From: a bacterium UBP2_UBA5202
GTDB lineage: Bacteria; Edwardsbacteria; AC1; EtOH8
Assembly: GCA_002412795.1 (NCBI GenBank)
Contig: DHVS01000029.1
Location: 195,282-259,281, forward strand
Reading direction: 5' to 3'
DNA length: 64,000 bases
The notes beneath the pieces were generated by a model. That model had not been told where the DNA came from. It saw nothing but the letters and a program-made list of their open reading frames with translations, and searched no databases. Below are positions 63,329 to 64,000 of this stretch, piece by piece. Both the position numbers and the translations under genes were made by a program. Every line of letters starts with the position of its first letter. Position 1 is the stretch's first letter.

Positions 63329-64000
63329 TTAAACCTTTTTCAGTGCTTCCAGCGTCTCCGCCAGGGTCTTGCTATCCTCCACGTTCAGCACATTGATCTC
63401 CGGGACGATCCGCTTGATCAGCCCCTTCAGCACCCGGCCCGGCCCGCATTCCACCATGGTGGTCACTCCCAGCGAGTCCATCTTCTTGACCGACTCTTCC
63501 CAGCGCACCGGCTTCTTAACCTGCTCTATCAAAAGTTCCTTGATGGTAGCCGGGCTGTGCACCGGCTCGGCCGAGACATTGGCGATCACAGGGCAGGCCG
63601 GTTCTTTGAAAACAACCTGGTTCAACGCCCGGCGCATGCCGTACTGGGCTATGTCCATCAGCTCGGAATGAAAGGCGCCGGAGACCTCCAGCTGCACCGC
63701 CCGCTTGGCCCCCTTGGCCTTGGCCAGCTCCATGGCCTTCTCCACCGCCCTGACCTCGCCCGAGATCACGGTCTGCTCGGAAGAATTGAAGTTGGCGGCT
63801 TCCACGATGCCCGATTCCCGGGCCTGGTAACAGATATGCTCCACGTCCTTGGGATCAAGTCCCAGGATGGCGGCCATGGTGCCGGGCTGGATGTCGCCGG
63901 AGATGGCCATCAGCGAGCCGCGGATGCGCACCAGGCGCACGGCGTCCTCAAAGGCAATGGCCCCGGCCGCCACCAGGGCGGAATATTCCCCCAAGCTGTG
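63329..64000 (-). CDS. fabD: Malonyl CoA-ACP transacylase, N-terminal part outside the window
   Basis: ...GEYSALVAAGAIAFEDAVRLVRIRG (after the GHSLGE nucleophile region, which lies off-window), VSGAFHSELM, C-terminal ...LKGLIKRI. Confidence 0.92.
   Translation of the reverse strand, partial: HSLGEYSALVAAGAIAFEDAVRLVRIRGSLMAISGDIQPGTMAAILGLDPKDVEHICYQARESGIVEAANFNSSEQTVISGEVRAVEKAMELAKAKGAKRAVQLEVSGAFHSELMDIAQYGMRRALNQVVFKEPACPVIANVSAEPVHSPATIKELLIEQVKKPVRWEESVKKMDSLGVTTMVECGPGRVLKGLIKRIVPEINVLNVEDSKTLAETLEALKKV

Overview
A 64 kb chromosomal window of about 55-60% GC. It is transcribed almost entirely from the minus strand; uvrA is the only convincing plus-strand gene. All calls come from reading the ORF translations and the DNA by eye; no searches were run.

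Housekeeping blocks:
- uvrB (partial), glmS and glmM
- tRNA-Thr(CGU), then lgt
- rodA, mrdA, mreD, mreC, mreB
- a three-gene ABC-2 exporter
- a methyltransferase, a GNAT acetyltransferase and a DUF1858 gene
- speA-like and speE polyamine genes, then uvrA
- a TetR-regulated TolC/MacA/MacB-type efflux operon
- an acyl-CoA dehydrogenase, rnc, and fabD-fabG-acpP-fabF

Three large secreted proteins end in Por/T9SS-type C-terminal sorting domains. That suggests, by inference only, an FCB-group or candidate-division lineage.

From about 26.4 to 47.1 kb lies a compositionally mosaic accessory region with no integrase or transposase. Its AT-rich core (29.66-35.96 kb, visibly much lower GC than the flanks) reads as a defence island:
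- a PUA-like/Mrr nuclease
- HsdS plus an HsdM carrying an HSDR_N nuclease-like domain, with no HsdR
- a Kiwa-like pair (4-TM protein plus DUF4868-like protein)
- a MucR/Ros-like zinc-finger gene

Next to this core are an ORF6N pseudogene and the most interesting uncharacterised unit. That unit is a DUF900-type alpha/beta hydrolase, interrupted by a -1 frameshift at an A6 run, followed by a 241-aa protein of unknown family. About 12 phased 21-bp repeats, each holding a CCCC-N(1-2)-GGGG palindrome, sit just upstream.

Other notable items:
- a 1583-aa Ser/Thr-kinase/P-loop/TPR/GAF/sigma-54-activator fusion
- a paralogous TPR plus small-protein module at each end of the accessory region
- several REP/MITE-like intergenic repeat families
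- duplicated tRNA ends around tRNA-Thr
- an AT-rich foreign gene inserted inside the fab operon
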